From Nitrospirota bacterium (GTDB lineage: Bacteria; Nitrospirota; Nitrospiria; 2-01-FULL-66-17): a stretch of DNA of 64,000 bases. Position 1 is the stretch's first letter. The number at the start of each line of letters is the position of its first letter. The notes beneath the pieces are model-generated. The model was given only the letters and a program-made list of their open reading frames with translations, searched no databases and was not told the DNA's origin. Shown piece after piece: positions 35,275 to 44,185 of this stretch. The position numbers and the translations under genes were made by a program. The stretch is from assembly GCA_040757335.1 (NCBI GenBank), contig JBFLXB010000002.1:36381-100380 (forward strand), given 5' to 3'.

Positions 35275-36849
35275 ATGGCCAGCACCACGAGTGTGCAAAA
35301 CGCCCGTCCAATGGGGGCACTAACGAACGCTGGTTGGAATGCGTTTGCCACCATTTGCAGCATCGCCATCAGTTTCCTGTTGGCTCCTGTGCTGATCCGT
35401 AACCTGGGAACGGAGCAGTACGGCCTTCTGCTGGTGGTATGGTCCGTAACCGGCGTTTTGAGCATCACGAACCTCGGGGTCGGCGAGGCCACACTTCGTT
35501 ATGTGGCTCACTATCTCGGAGATCGAGATCTGGCAGGCGTCAATCGGGTCTTCGGAGCCACGCTGTCCTTCTATGTGGTGGTCTGTGGCATTGTTACAGG
35601 GGTCTTTCTTTTTGCGGGCCCGGTGGTGGCAACGTTGTTGAAAGTACCTGCCGGCGAATATCCGTTGGTCGGTTCGCTGTTGCGTCTTGCGGCCCTGCTG
35701 TTTTCGCTCGGAATGATCTCGAACGCATTCCAGTCGATTCCCATGGCCCTGCAGCGATATGATATCAGCAGCAAGGTCGGAACTGGCCAGGGTATAATTC
35801 GTTCCATTGGTTTTGTAGTTCTCGCGATCTCAGGGTTTGGGGTTCTCCATGTGGTCCTGTGGGATGTCCTGATTGCTTTTGCGACACTGTGCGTGCGAGT
35901 GGGAGTGGCTCGAACGCTTTTGCCGGGAGTGCTGTGGGTGCCCAAGGCGTCGTTGGCGGGACTGCGGGAGATCTTCGGCTACGGAATGTTTTCTTTTCTG
36001 ACTCAAATCTTCCTTTCCCTCTACCGCGAGTCTGGAAAACTTATCCTGGGAAATCGCGTTGGTCCATCCGGTGTAGCCTATCTCGGAGCGCCCGACAGTG
36101 TTGCTTATAACATTTATATGGTCGTCATTAGCGGCATTGAAACCTTGATGCCCAGATTCAGCGCCAACCGGGACGCAAGGACTGCGAATGCTCTCGTTGT
36201 GAATGCTACTTGGGCTGCTTTGGCCGCTGCCGTGGCGCTGTTCATTCCCCTCGCTACGCTTATGGCTGACTTCTTGCGGCTTTGGATCGGACCGGAGTTT
36301 GCGCGAGAGGGTGCTCCAGTGGGGCAGTTACTGGCTATAAGTTTTATTGCACCGGCTGGATTTGCCCCGATTGCCACATTCTTTCGAGGAAGCGGGAAGC
36401 CAGGGTATGTGACGATTGTAATGGCTTCGGCAGGAAGCGCAGTTCTATTTGCCAGCGTGTTACTGGTGCCCGCACACGGACCGGTCGGGGTTGGATACGG
36501 TTATCTGCTGAGCTCAATCGGGTGGCTGTCGGGCCTGTTATGGGGCTGGTTTCGCATCTTCGGGGGCCGTTCGATCATACTGCTAACTAGGACAGTGGGT
36601 GTACCTCTGTTGCTGGCGGGTGCCGTGTTTACAGCCCAGGTTGCTATTCGGGGGCATTTCGGTGAGGTCGGATGGCTCGGCTTGTTTGTCCTGGGCGGCG
36701 TATTCGCGGGGTTGACGGGTCTACTGGTCATCGGTGCGGATCTGCTCTTCGGCGGCGACTCGCTATCAAGAAGGGTACTGGAACGAGCCTTTCGCTCGAG
36801 GCAGATCGATGCGATCTGCAACCGCATCCGCCTTTGGCAAGCTCGGTGA
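35275..36849 (+). CDS. Polysaccharide biosynthesis protein / oligosaccharide flippase (MOP superfamily, Wzx-like)
   Basis: Start at MASTTSV preceded by AGAGGTGA. About 12-14 hydrophobic segments. Conserved N-terminal ...NLGTEQYGLLLVVWSV pattern typical of Wzx/polysacc_synt proteins. Confidence 0.7.
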   Translation: MASTTSVQNARPMGALTNAGWNAFATICSIAISFLLAPVLIRNLGTEQYGLLLVVWSVTGVLSITNLGVGEATLRYVAHYLGDRDLAGVNRVFGATLSFYVVVCGIVTGVFLFAGPVVATLLKVPAGEYPLVGSLLRLAALLFSLGMISNAFQSIPMALQRYDISSKVGTGQGIIRSIGFVVLAISGFGVLHVVLWDVLIAFATLCVRVGVARTLLPGVLWVPKASLAGLREIFGYGMFSFLTQIFLSLYRESGKLILGNRVGPSGVAYLGAPDSVAYNIYMVVISGIETLMPRFSANRDARTANALVVNATWAALAAAVALFIPLATLMADFLRLWIGPEFAREGAPVGQLLAISFIAPAGFAPIATFFRGSGKPGYVTIVMASAGSAVLFASVLLVPAHGPVGVGYGYLLSSIGWLSGLLWGWFRIFGGRSIILLTRTVGVPLLLAGAVFTAQVAIRGHFGEVGWLGLFVLGGVFAGLTGLLVIGADLLFGGDSLSRRVLERAFRSRQIDAICNRIRLWQAR

Positions 36850-36917
36850 CCTTGGAGCGGTATGGCAGCGACAGAAAGCGAATGTGGGCGGTTCATGGTG
36901 AGTGGTAGACAAGGAGA

Positions 36918-37775
36918 TTGATGACCACTATGCGGACGATGCTTGGAAAGCTCAAGAGGCGTGGTGCTTCCGCTCTAGAGGGTCTCATCGTTGGGACGCC
37001 GATGCCTCTGGCGGTTCAAACGTGGGCGATCAAGTGGTTGTTGCCGATGGACCCTTGGCCGAAATCGCTAGCCTATCAGCAGTGCCTTGCGGATCGCGTC
37101 ATGAGGAACTACGGCGCCATCACCCAGAGCGGTCCGTTTAAGGGTATGGTCTGTATCCGAGACGCGAAAGAAGGATGTCTGGTTCCGAAGCTGCTCGGGT
37201 GTTACGAAGAAGAACTCGCGTCGACGATTGAGGCCTTCCTCCAAAGGGGATTTGACCGCATTATTGATGTAGGTTGTGCGTCGGGTTATTGGCTAACTGG
37301 GTTGGCCCTTCGAATGCCGAAAGCCAAGGCGTTTGGCTTCGATGGCGACAAGGAGGCGCTGGCGCGCTGCTCAACGCTGGCGGCGTTAAACAACGTTCAG
37401 TCTAGGATCACGTTGCTTGGCCTCTGTACTCCAGCGGAACTTGAGAGGCTCATAACAGATCGGACTTTCGTGTTCATGGATTGTGACGGACCGGAATACG
37501 AATTGCTGGATCCTGGCGCGGCACCGTCTCTTCGCAAGGCCGATATCATCGTCGAGTGCCATGATTATCTCAACCCGAAGATTTCATCCACCATCCAAGA
37601 GAGGTTCAGGGCGTCCCACTTGATTGACAGGATAGAGAGCCGAACTAGGGAGCCGAGTGTCGAGCGGTATCCCGGGCTTAAGGTCCTTCCACGCCAACAC
37701 TGGGCAGGCGCGCTCGACGAACGGCGGCCAGCTGTTCAGGAATGGCTGATAATGCGCTCCAAACATCTGCCATAG
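36918..37775 (+). CDS. SAM-dependent methyltransferase (class I; FkbM-like)
   Basis: Motif I IIDVGCASGYWLTGLAL. Acidic post-I (FGFDGD). Confidence 0.6.
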   Translation: MMTTMRTMLGKLKRRGASALEGLIVGTPMPLAVQTWAIKWLLPMDPWPKSLAYQQCLADRVMRNYGAITQSGPFKGMVCIRDAKEGCLVPKLLGCYEEELASTIEAFLQRGFDRIIDVGCASGYWLTGLALRMPKAKAFGFDGDKEALARCSTLAALNNVQSRITLLGLCTPAELERLITDRTFVFMDCDGPEYELLDPGAAPSLRKADIIVECHDYLNPKISSTIQERFRASHLIDRIESRTREPSVERYPGLKVLPRQHWAGALDERRPAVQEWLIMRSKHLP

Positions 37776-37802
37776 GTGGTCGGGCGAAAGGGGCACTAAT
37801 AG

Positions 37803-38645
37803 ATGATCAGCGTCTGGCTTCGAGAGATCCTATACGAACGTTTCATTCGCGGAATACAGGGAGGATATGCGGACGAGGAGGGCAGTCTGTGTGGCAGTAG
37901 GTCGGCCATGGTCTTCTCGCCTCACTTCGACGACGAGACACTCGGGTGTGGCGGCACGATTATAAGGAAAACCCGTGTTGGGACGAGAGTTCAAATCGTT
38001 TTCATGACCGATGGGAGCACGTCGCATCGGAGTCTGGTGTCCGGGGAAACGCTGACGAAGATGCGCTCGGCTGAAGGCGTGAATGCGGCCATCAATCTCG
38101 GGTTAAAGCCTGACAATGTCACTTTACTAGGCTTCAAAGAAGGGGCCCTTGCGTCCGAGTCAGAGAGAGCAGCTAAAAGAGTCAGTGAATTGATCGAGGA
38201 AGAGAATCCCGATGAGATTTTTATTCCTCACCGTAGCGAGCCGTTGCTATGGTCTGCTGACCACCGCGAGACGACGCGGATCGTGAAGAAAGCGTTAGGG
38301 CTCTTGGGAAGGAATCCGATAGTCCTCGAGTACCCCGTATGGTACTGGTATCACTGGCCTTGGGTGGGGATAGATATACTGGAGCACAACTATAGAAAGG
38401 TGATCCTGAAGAACACTCTTTCTCAGTTGTTCGGGCTAAGAATCGGGAGGGATTTTAATTATGGCGTTCGGATAGGCGGTGTGTTGGCGCAAAAGGAAAA
38501 GGCCTTGGAGGAGCACAAGTCCCAAATGTCACGGATCATACCTGACAAAGAATGGATCACGCTCAGGGACATTTCTGGCGGCCAGTTTCTAGAGTGTTTC
38601 TTTAGGGAGTATGAGATATTCCTTCGATACAAATTTCAAGGATAA
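37803..38645 (+). CDS. PIG-L / LmbE-family N-acetylglucosaminyl deacetylase
   Basis: Signature FSPHFDDETLGCGGTI (HxDDE), downstream His/Asp ligands. Confidence 0.75.
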   Translation: MISVWLREILYERFIRGIQGGYADEEGSLCGSRSAMVFSPHFDDETLGCGGTIIRKTRVGTRVQIVFMTDGSTSHRSLVSGETLTKMRSAEGVNAAINLGLKPDNVTLLGFKEGALASESERAAKRVSELIEEENPDEIFIPHRSEPLLWSADHRETTRIVKKALGLLGRNPIVLEYPVWYWYHWPWVGIDILEHNYRKVILKNTLSQLFGLRIGRDFNYGVRIGGVLAQKEKALEEHKSQMSRIIPDKEWITLRDISGGQFLECFFREYEIFLRYKFQG

Positions 38646-38657
38646 GGGAGTCGACTA

Positions 38658-39635
38658 ATGAGAAATCTGATCACAGGCGGAGCTGGGTTTATCGGAAGTC
38701 ATCTCGCAGACTATTTGTTGAAGGAAGGGGAGGAAGTGGTTATCTTGGATGACCTTTCCACCGGAAGTTTCGACAATATCAAGCACCTGGTAGACAACAA
38801 GCGATTTAGGTACTACATAGGCAAGGTTGAAGACGGAAGGTTATTCGAGGGCATCGTAGACTCCGTTGATCGAATCTACCACCTAGCCGCTGCGGTAGGG
38901 GTTCAATTGATCGTGGAAGACCCGGTGCGGACCATCGAGAACAATATCAATTCAACCCAGGTGGTGTTGGAACATGCCGTAACCTACGGGAAGCCGGTCT
39001 TGGTTGCGTCCACATCGGAAGTGTACGGCCGGAGCGACAAGCTCCCCTTTTCGGAGGAGAGTGAAGTCGTATACGGGCCGACGAGCCGTTTCCGGTGGAG
39101 CTATGCCATATCAAAGGCTGTCGATGAATTTCTCTTTCTCGCGTACAACCGGCAGAAGGGACTCCCCGGCGTTATCGTGAGGCTGTTTAATACCGTAGGG
39201 CCGAGGCAAACCGGTCGCTACGGTATGGTGATTCCCCGATTTGTCAAACAGGCGCTGACTGGGGAACCGATCACCGTATACGGGTCGGGAGAGCAAACGC
39301 GATGTTTTACCCACGTTCTTGATGTTGTGCCGGCCCTACGGAATCTGATGAAGACGAAAAAGGCACAAGGACTCGTTGTGAATATCGGCAACGATGAGGA
39401 AATCACGATCAATGACCTTGCCGAGAAGATTCAAAAGAGAGTAAATCCAAAGGTAGAAATAGTCCGGCTCCCCTATGAAAAGGTCCTGGGGAAAAACTTC
39501 GAGGACATGGATGCTCGGAGGCCTGATCTCACCCGCATCCGCCAGCTCATTGGGTACCATGCCACCAAGACGTTGGACACGATTATCGAAGACGTCTACA
39601 ACTACTACCGGGAGGAGTGGAAGCCAGAGATATAG
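38658..39635 (+). CDS. NAD-dependent epimerase/dehydratase (short-chain dehydrogenase/reductase (SDR) family, UDP-glucuronate decarboxylase/ArnA-like)
   Basis: [11 protein letters not shown] Rossmann motif. STSEVYG and YxxxK (YAISK) catalytic motifs. Confidence 0.8.
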   Translation: MRNLITGGAGFIGSHLADYLLKEGEEVVILDDLSTGSFDNIKHLVDNKRFRYYIGKVEDGRLFEGIVDSVDRIYHLAAAVGVQLIVEDPVRTIENNINSTQVVLEHAVTYGKPVLVASTSEVYGRSDKLPFSEESEVVYGPTSRFRWSYAISKAVDEFLFLAYNRQKGLPGVIVRLFNTVGPRQTGRYGMVIPRFVKQALTGEPITVYGSGEQTRCFTHVLDVVPALRNLMKTKKAQGLVVNIGNDEEITINDLAEKIQKRVNPKVEIVRLPYEKVLGKNFEDMDARRPDLTRIRQLIGYHATKTLDTIIEDVYNYYREEWKPEI

Positions 39636-39682
39636 GCCTACACGCCAGGAAGGCAAAGCTCAGAGAACCTAAGGAAAGGAAA

Positions 39683-40981
39683 ATGAGGATCGCTTTTGTG
39701 TCTCAGGGGCTAGGTCGCATCGATCCGCCCAGAGCTTACGGTTCGATTTCGATCTGGACCTATGGCGTTCTTAAAGAGTTGGCAAAGAGCGAGCATATCA
39801 TTGCATACGAAATGGAGGGGGGGCTCCTTCGGAGCAGGACAAAATATGAGCGAGGGGTGACGTATATTTATGCCCCCACACTGTTGAATCGCCTCATCAA
39901 CCGATACCATCGGGCGTTGCATCGCGTAAAAAGCATGACGGGATATATCACTGGTTCAAGAGGCACCCCCATTTTTGCTTCGTCTATTCACAATGTGGGC
40001 TATGTTCTCTGGGTGGCGCTCAATCTGCGCAAGCAACAGTGCGATGTAATCCATATCCATCAGTTCTCTCAATATGTCCCTATTGTTCGATTCTTCAATC
40101 CCAAATCCAAAATCGTCCTCCACATGAATTGTGAATGGCTTTCGCAGCTTGATCCAGCTATGATCGCGGGACGACTTGAAGCCGTGGATGCGATTGTCGG
40201 ATGCAGCACTCACATTCTTCGCCGAATACTTGAGAAGTTCCCGCATCTTGATAAGAAGTGCAGTGTGGTCTTCAATGGCGCAGATGTCGGGCTCTTCGTC
40301 CCTTCCGTAGGCGCAGTCGCGATGAATTCTCCCGACACACTTCGGATACTCTTCGTTGGTCGCATTTCGCCGGAAAAGGGAGTGCACATCTTGGTTGAGG
40401 CGTTCAAGCTTGTAGCTGCCGAATACCCCACGGCACGTCTCGAACTGGTAGGCGGGACCGGCAGTATGCCTGAAGAATTCCTGGTGTCCTTAAGTGACGA
40501 TCCCGCGGTGAAGGGCCTGAAGAGATTTTACGGCAGAGATTACCTGGAGGACTTGAGGAATCGGATTCCCGAGGGGCTAGCCGATCGCGTCAGGTTCCAC
40601 GGAAGTGTGGCTCATGGAGAATTGGCAGGACATTATAGCCGGGCGACGGTCTTCGCTATCTCGTCGCTCTCAGATGCATTTCCGCTAACCGCTATTGAGG
40701 CCATGGCCGCCGGATTGCCAGTAGCAGGCAGCGCCGTCGGTGGCATCGCGGAGGCGGTGGTCGACGAAAGTACGGGGCTGTTGGTCGAGCCTGACAATCC
40801 CGAGGCGCTGGCTGCGGCATTATCCAGGCTTCTTGGGGACAGCAACCTACGCAGACGGATGGGCTCTGCAGGACGTGAGCGGGCGTTGAGGTTGTTTTCG
40901 TGGCGCGCCATCGCCGACCAGGTTTCGCGTGTGTATGACACGGTAGTGGAGACCGAGTCCACGCATAAAGGCGTGTGTTGA
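39683..40981 (+). CDS. Glycosyltransferase family 4
   Basis: Start at MRIAFVSQG, preceded by AGGAAAGGA. C-terminal GT4 region ISSLSDAFPLTAIEAMAAGLPVAGSAVGGIAE (EX7E). Confidence 0.8.
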   Translation: MRIAFVSQGLGRIDPPRAYGSISIWTYGVLKELAKSEHIIAYEMEGGLLRSRTKYERGVTYIYAPTLLNRLINRYHRALHRVKSMTGYITGSRGTPIFASSIHNVGYVLWVALNLRKQQCDVIHIHQFSQYVPIVRFFNPKSKIVLHMNCEWLSQLDPAMIAGRLEAVDAIVGCSTHILRRILEKFPHLDKKCSVVFNGADVGLFVPSVGAVAMNSPDTLRILFVGRISPEKGVHILVEAFKLVAAEYPTARLELVGGTGSMPEEFLVSLSDDPAVKGLKRFYGRDYLEDLRNRIPEGLADRVRFHGSVAHGELAGHYSRATVFAISSLSDAFPLTAIEAMAAGLPVAGSAVGGIAEAVVDESTGLLVEPDNPEALAAALSRLLGDSNLRRRMGSAGRERALRLFSWRAIADQVSRVYDTVVETESTHKGVC

Positions 40982-40994
40982 TCCGGGGCCCCGA

Positions 40995-43109
40995 ATGGAC
41001 AGCAGCACAAGCCCAGAAGGTGTAGAACGTGAGCAAACTGATTCGATGATTGATCGATTCCTTGACGAGCGGCCACCGGGTGGTGTGATCGGGACGGAAG
41101 TGAAGGCGCGGGTTGCGCGTAAGGGTGTAGACGAGGAGCGGGTGATCAGCATAGACAATGGAGCCCTCCGGATCCAGCCCTTGATTCGACCAGGGTGGGG
41201 GCGCTCTGGAATCGCCTACGGGCCATACGCGAGAAGGAACGGGTTGGCCTTTGGCGCCTTTCTCACCAATGGTCATAACATATCTCAATCCGAGCCGCTT
41301 CCCGACGGATTCAGGGCCAGACTCGTGCGCTGGGTTCGAGGGAGTGAGACGGACAAGCCGCTCACACGAATTATACGATGGCTACGAGGCTCGCAGAAGA
41401 AGTTCACGTGGCGGCGATTGTCTCATTGGTTTAGACACGGATCACGATTTCTTAAGGTGGACCCTCTCCGTGAGAATCTTGCCGTAGGGTGGTTTCCTAG
41501 TGATAGACCCGGCGATCCCTTAAGCGAGGGCAATTCGCTTATCGTCCATGCTCTCACGTCTGAGGGCGGTGAGCTCTGGGCGCGATCGGGGTTAGGCGTC
41601 GTCCGGACAGTTCGCGGACTTCAGAATGTTCCAATGTACTACTTCGTCGTATTGCGCGAAAAAGGGGCCGCATACTATGGTGCTTCGGTTCCGGGTGTGC
41701 CAGGCCTTACGGCCTATCCGAGGATGCGATTGCTGGCGGTCGACGCGGTGCACGCCGACAAAGAGGTGTACGCAGGGGTCCACCAGAGTGTCCTCGGTGA
41801 GATCGGCTTCCGGGCTGACACGAGAGTCTATAGTACGCAAGTGGAAATGCTATCCGAGTTCGACAAATGGTACGGTTCAGCGCACGGCGCTGATTCGTTG
41901 ACCGGCGAGGGGAAGCTTCACCTGTCTAATGCTGAAATCGGAGGGAACTGGACGGTCTACGAGGGAGAGTTTGCTAGGACTAAGCGAGGGTTGATCGCAA
42001 CAGGTGCCACGAACGTGGCTATGCTGAAGTTGAACGCGCCTGTGGGGTTGGTTCATGTTGTGATCCACACATCCGATAAGGCTATGGGAGGAATGGCATT
42101 GATCTGGCGTGCCAAGGATGAGAAGAACTACTGGAGTTTCGAGGTGGGAAGCCGGCAGTGTAAGCTGTCCGTCAATGAAGACGGATCGTGGCACAGCTTT
42201 CCCGCCGCCAAGGGCCACTACCTTGCGCCCAATGCGGAGAATGTTGTGCAGGTCGCTGATGATGGCGAGAATATCCGATTGCACCTCAATGGAGACCTGG
42301 TATACGGGACGAGTTTATCGGACACTAGGTTGGGGGACGGAACTGGAGTCGGAGTTCGAGTCGCCGGTAGCACTGACAACGCCACGGTGCATTCGTTTGA
42401 GGCCCATCCACGTGATATGCCGATTCCTAAAGCGTTCGACCTTGGGAACGCATGGTTCGAACAAGGGAATCATGTCGTTGTGGAGTGCGCCTTCGAGGGT
42501 CCACCTGGTGACCTCGCTGGGCGTACTACAAAGGTGGGAGCCAGGATCTGGAAAAAGGATATTGGACGAGGCGTTATTCAGTCGATTGGTGGACGAGGTG
42601 CAAAGGTACTTGCCACCGTCGAGAAGCCGTGTCCTGATCGGACGGCGTACACAATCGAATGGCATAACCCCACGTTTGCTGACGTCGAGGTGAAGATCAC
42701 GCCCCCTGGGATGCGAAAAGGCATGAGGGAGAAAGGGCGAGGAGGCCTAATATTTTGGCAGGATGGATTAAATTACATCACTCTGAGTCTATTCCTGGGA
42801 GATTTTCCCGCCATGTCCATTGCGGCCTTCTTTTATAGGGACGGATACGAGGAGCTATATGATGCCGTATGGAGTAACATTGGCAACCGAGTCCACTGGG
42901 GAGTGCCTTATGACTTCAGAGTGGTATTCGACGGGAAGCGATTTCTGGCTTTTATAAATGGCGAGCCCGTACTCTACCGAGCGCTCTCCGACGTTTACGC
43001 GGACTGGAAGGAGCTTGTCATAAGCCGCGTTGGCATTGTCGCGAACTGGGAATGGGGAACCGACACGGGAAGTGTCTTCCACAACTTTGTCGTGAGAGAT
43101 CGAGCATGA
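40995..43109 (+). CDS. Hypothetical protein, 704 aa, no family recognised (cytoplasmic-looking), embedded in the glycan locus
   Basis: Uninterrupted ORF with balanced, protein-like composition. Its stop is coupled to the next gene start by an ATGA overlap. No TM, no signal peptide, no known catalytic motif seen. Confidence 0.5.
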   Translation: MDSSTSPEGVEREQTDSMIDRFLDERPPGGVIGTEVKARVARKGVDEERVISIDNGALRIQPLIRPGWGRSGIAYGPYARRNGLAFGAFLTNGHNISQSEPLPDGFRARLVRWVRGSETDKPLTRIIRWLRGSQKKFTWRRLSHWFRHGSRFLKVDPLRENLAVGWFPSDRPGDPLSEGNSLIVHALTSEGGELWARSGLGVVRTVRGLQNVPMYYFVVLREKGAAYYGASVPGVPGLTAYPRMRLLAVDAVHADKEVYAGVHQSVLGEIGFRADTRVYSTQVEMLSEFDKWYGSAHGADSLTGEGKLHLSNAEIGGNWTVYEGEFARTKRGLIATGATNVAMLKLNAPVGLVHVVIHTSDKAMGGMALIWRAKDEKNYWSFEVGSRQCKLSVNEDGSWHSFPAAKGHYLAPNAENVVQVADDGENIRLHLNGDLVYGTSLSDTRLGDGTGVGVRVAGSTDNATVHSFEAHPRDMPIPKAFDLGNAWFEQGNHVVVECAFEGPPGDLAGRTTKVGARIWKKDIGRGVIQSIGGRGAKVLATVEKPCPDRTAYTIEWHNPTFADVEVKITPPGMRKGMREKGRGGLIFWQDGLNYITLSLFLGDFPAMSIAAFFYRDGYEELYDAVWSNIGNRVHWGVPYDFRVVFDGKRFLAFINGEPVLYRALSDVYADWKELVISRVGIVANWEWGTDTGSVFHNFVVRDRA

Positions 43110-43912
43110 CATTTCAAGAAGGCCTTCTGAGGTTACTCTCCTTGAGGTTGCTTGGAGATGTCGGGCAGCGATTACTGCGCGGGCGACTCTGGACGATTGA
43201 GCGGGGGGAAGGGGCGGGTCTGAAGGTGGTCTATCCCCAAAACCATGACTACATTCTGGGGTCAAGCGAGCGCCCAGTTCAGAACGCCTTGGCGACGCAA
43301 CTCCATTCGGGCGATGTGTTCTATGATGTCGGTGCCAACGTGGGATTCTTCTCCATCGTTGCCGCGAGGCTGGTGGGATCAGAGGGGTACGTTTACTCGT
43401 TCGAGCCTGTGGAAGAGAACATTACATCCATCCGTGAGAACGCCAAAGTCAATAAGCTAGAAAATATGAAATCCTTTGAGGTGGCTGTGGGGCGAATGTC
43501 CGGAAACGAGGACCTGCTTTTGACGGAATGGAATGGTGGAGCCAGCCTCTCGACGTCGGTCGTCAAACCGGCTGTGCCGGCTTCCACAAGGAATGTGCGT
43601 GTTGTGGCGTTGGATGACTTCATACAGGCGCATAATTTGCGGGCTCCGACCCTGGTAAAGATCGACGTTGAAGGCTCTGAACTCGATGTGGTGCAAGGGA
43701 TGTCAAGAACGATTGCTACGTCAAGGCCGATCCTCTTGTACGAGATTGACGATGGAAACAAGAAAGCCTTCAGCAGCCGTTGGCAGGAACTTGATCAATT
43801 GGTCGCCGGATTCGGTTACCGGATCCTCCATCTCGAAGAGTCATATCCTACCCTCAAATGGAACGTCGGGCACTCCCTGGCGGTGCCGGTGGAGTCTCCG
43901 GATGCGGGCTGA
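43106..43912 (+). CDS. FkbM-family SAM-dependent methyltransferase
   Basis: FYDVGANVGFFSIVAA motif I typical of the FkbM family. ATGA overlap with the upstream gene. Confidence 0.7.
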   Translation: MTFQEGLLRLLSLRLLGDVGQRLLRGRLWTIERGEGAGLKVVYPQNHDYILGSSERPVQNALATQLHSGDVFYDVGANVGFFSIVAARLVGSEGYVYSFEPVEENITSIRENAKVNKLENMKSFEVAVGRMSGNEDLLLTEWNGGASLSTSVVKPAVPASTRNVRVVALDDFIQAHNLRAPTLVKIDVEGSELDVVQGMSRTIATSRPILLYEIDDGNKKAFSSRWQELDQLVAGFGYRILHLEESYPTLKWNVGHSLAVPVESPDAG

Positions 43913-43973
43913 ATTGTTTGGAACCCGAGGGCGCCTGCTATACGTGTTTCAGAGACTAGCTGCTGCGAGAAGT

Positions 43974-44159
43974 CCTAGCCCGGATTATTCATGAACGTTC
44001 GTAACGAACCCGCGCAGACGCCAGCGAAACGGGCGCTCAGAGCCGCGAGGAAGGGAGGCGTACTCAGTGCAGTACGTTGACCGACTGAGCGGCGAGACCG
44101 CCCGGTGCAGCCGCGTATCCGCGGGTACAGTAGAAGGTTCATGAATAGTCCGGGCTAGG
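43974..44159. repeat. About 186-bp intergenic element bounded by 23-bp inverted repeats (22/23 match), with internal palindromes
   Basis: Left arm 43974-43996 CCTAGCCCGGATTATTCATGAAC. Right arm 44137-44159 GTTCATGAATAGTCCGGGCTAGG. The interior contains GAACGTTC / GTTCGtaaCGAAC and GTATCCGCGGGTAC palindromes. Sits between two gene blocks. Confidence 0.6.
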
Positions 44160-44185
44160 TCCAGGTAACATTCGTCAGAGACAGA

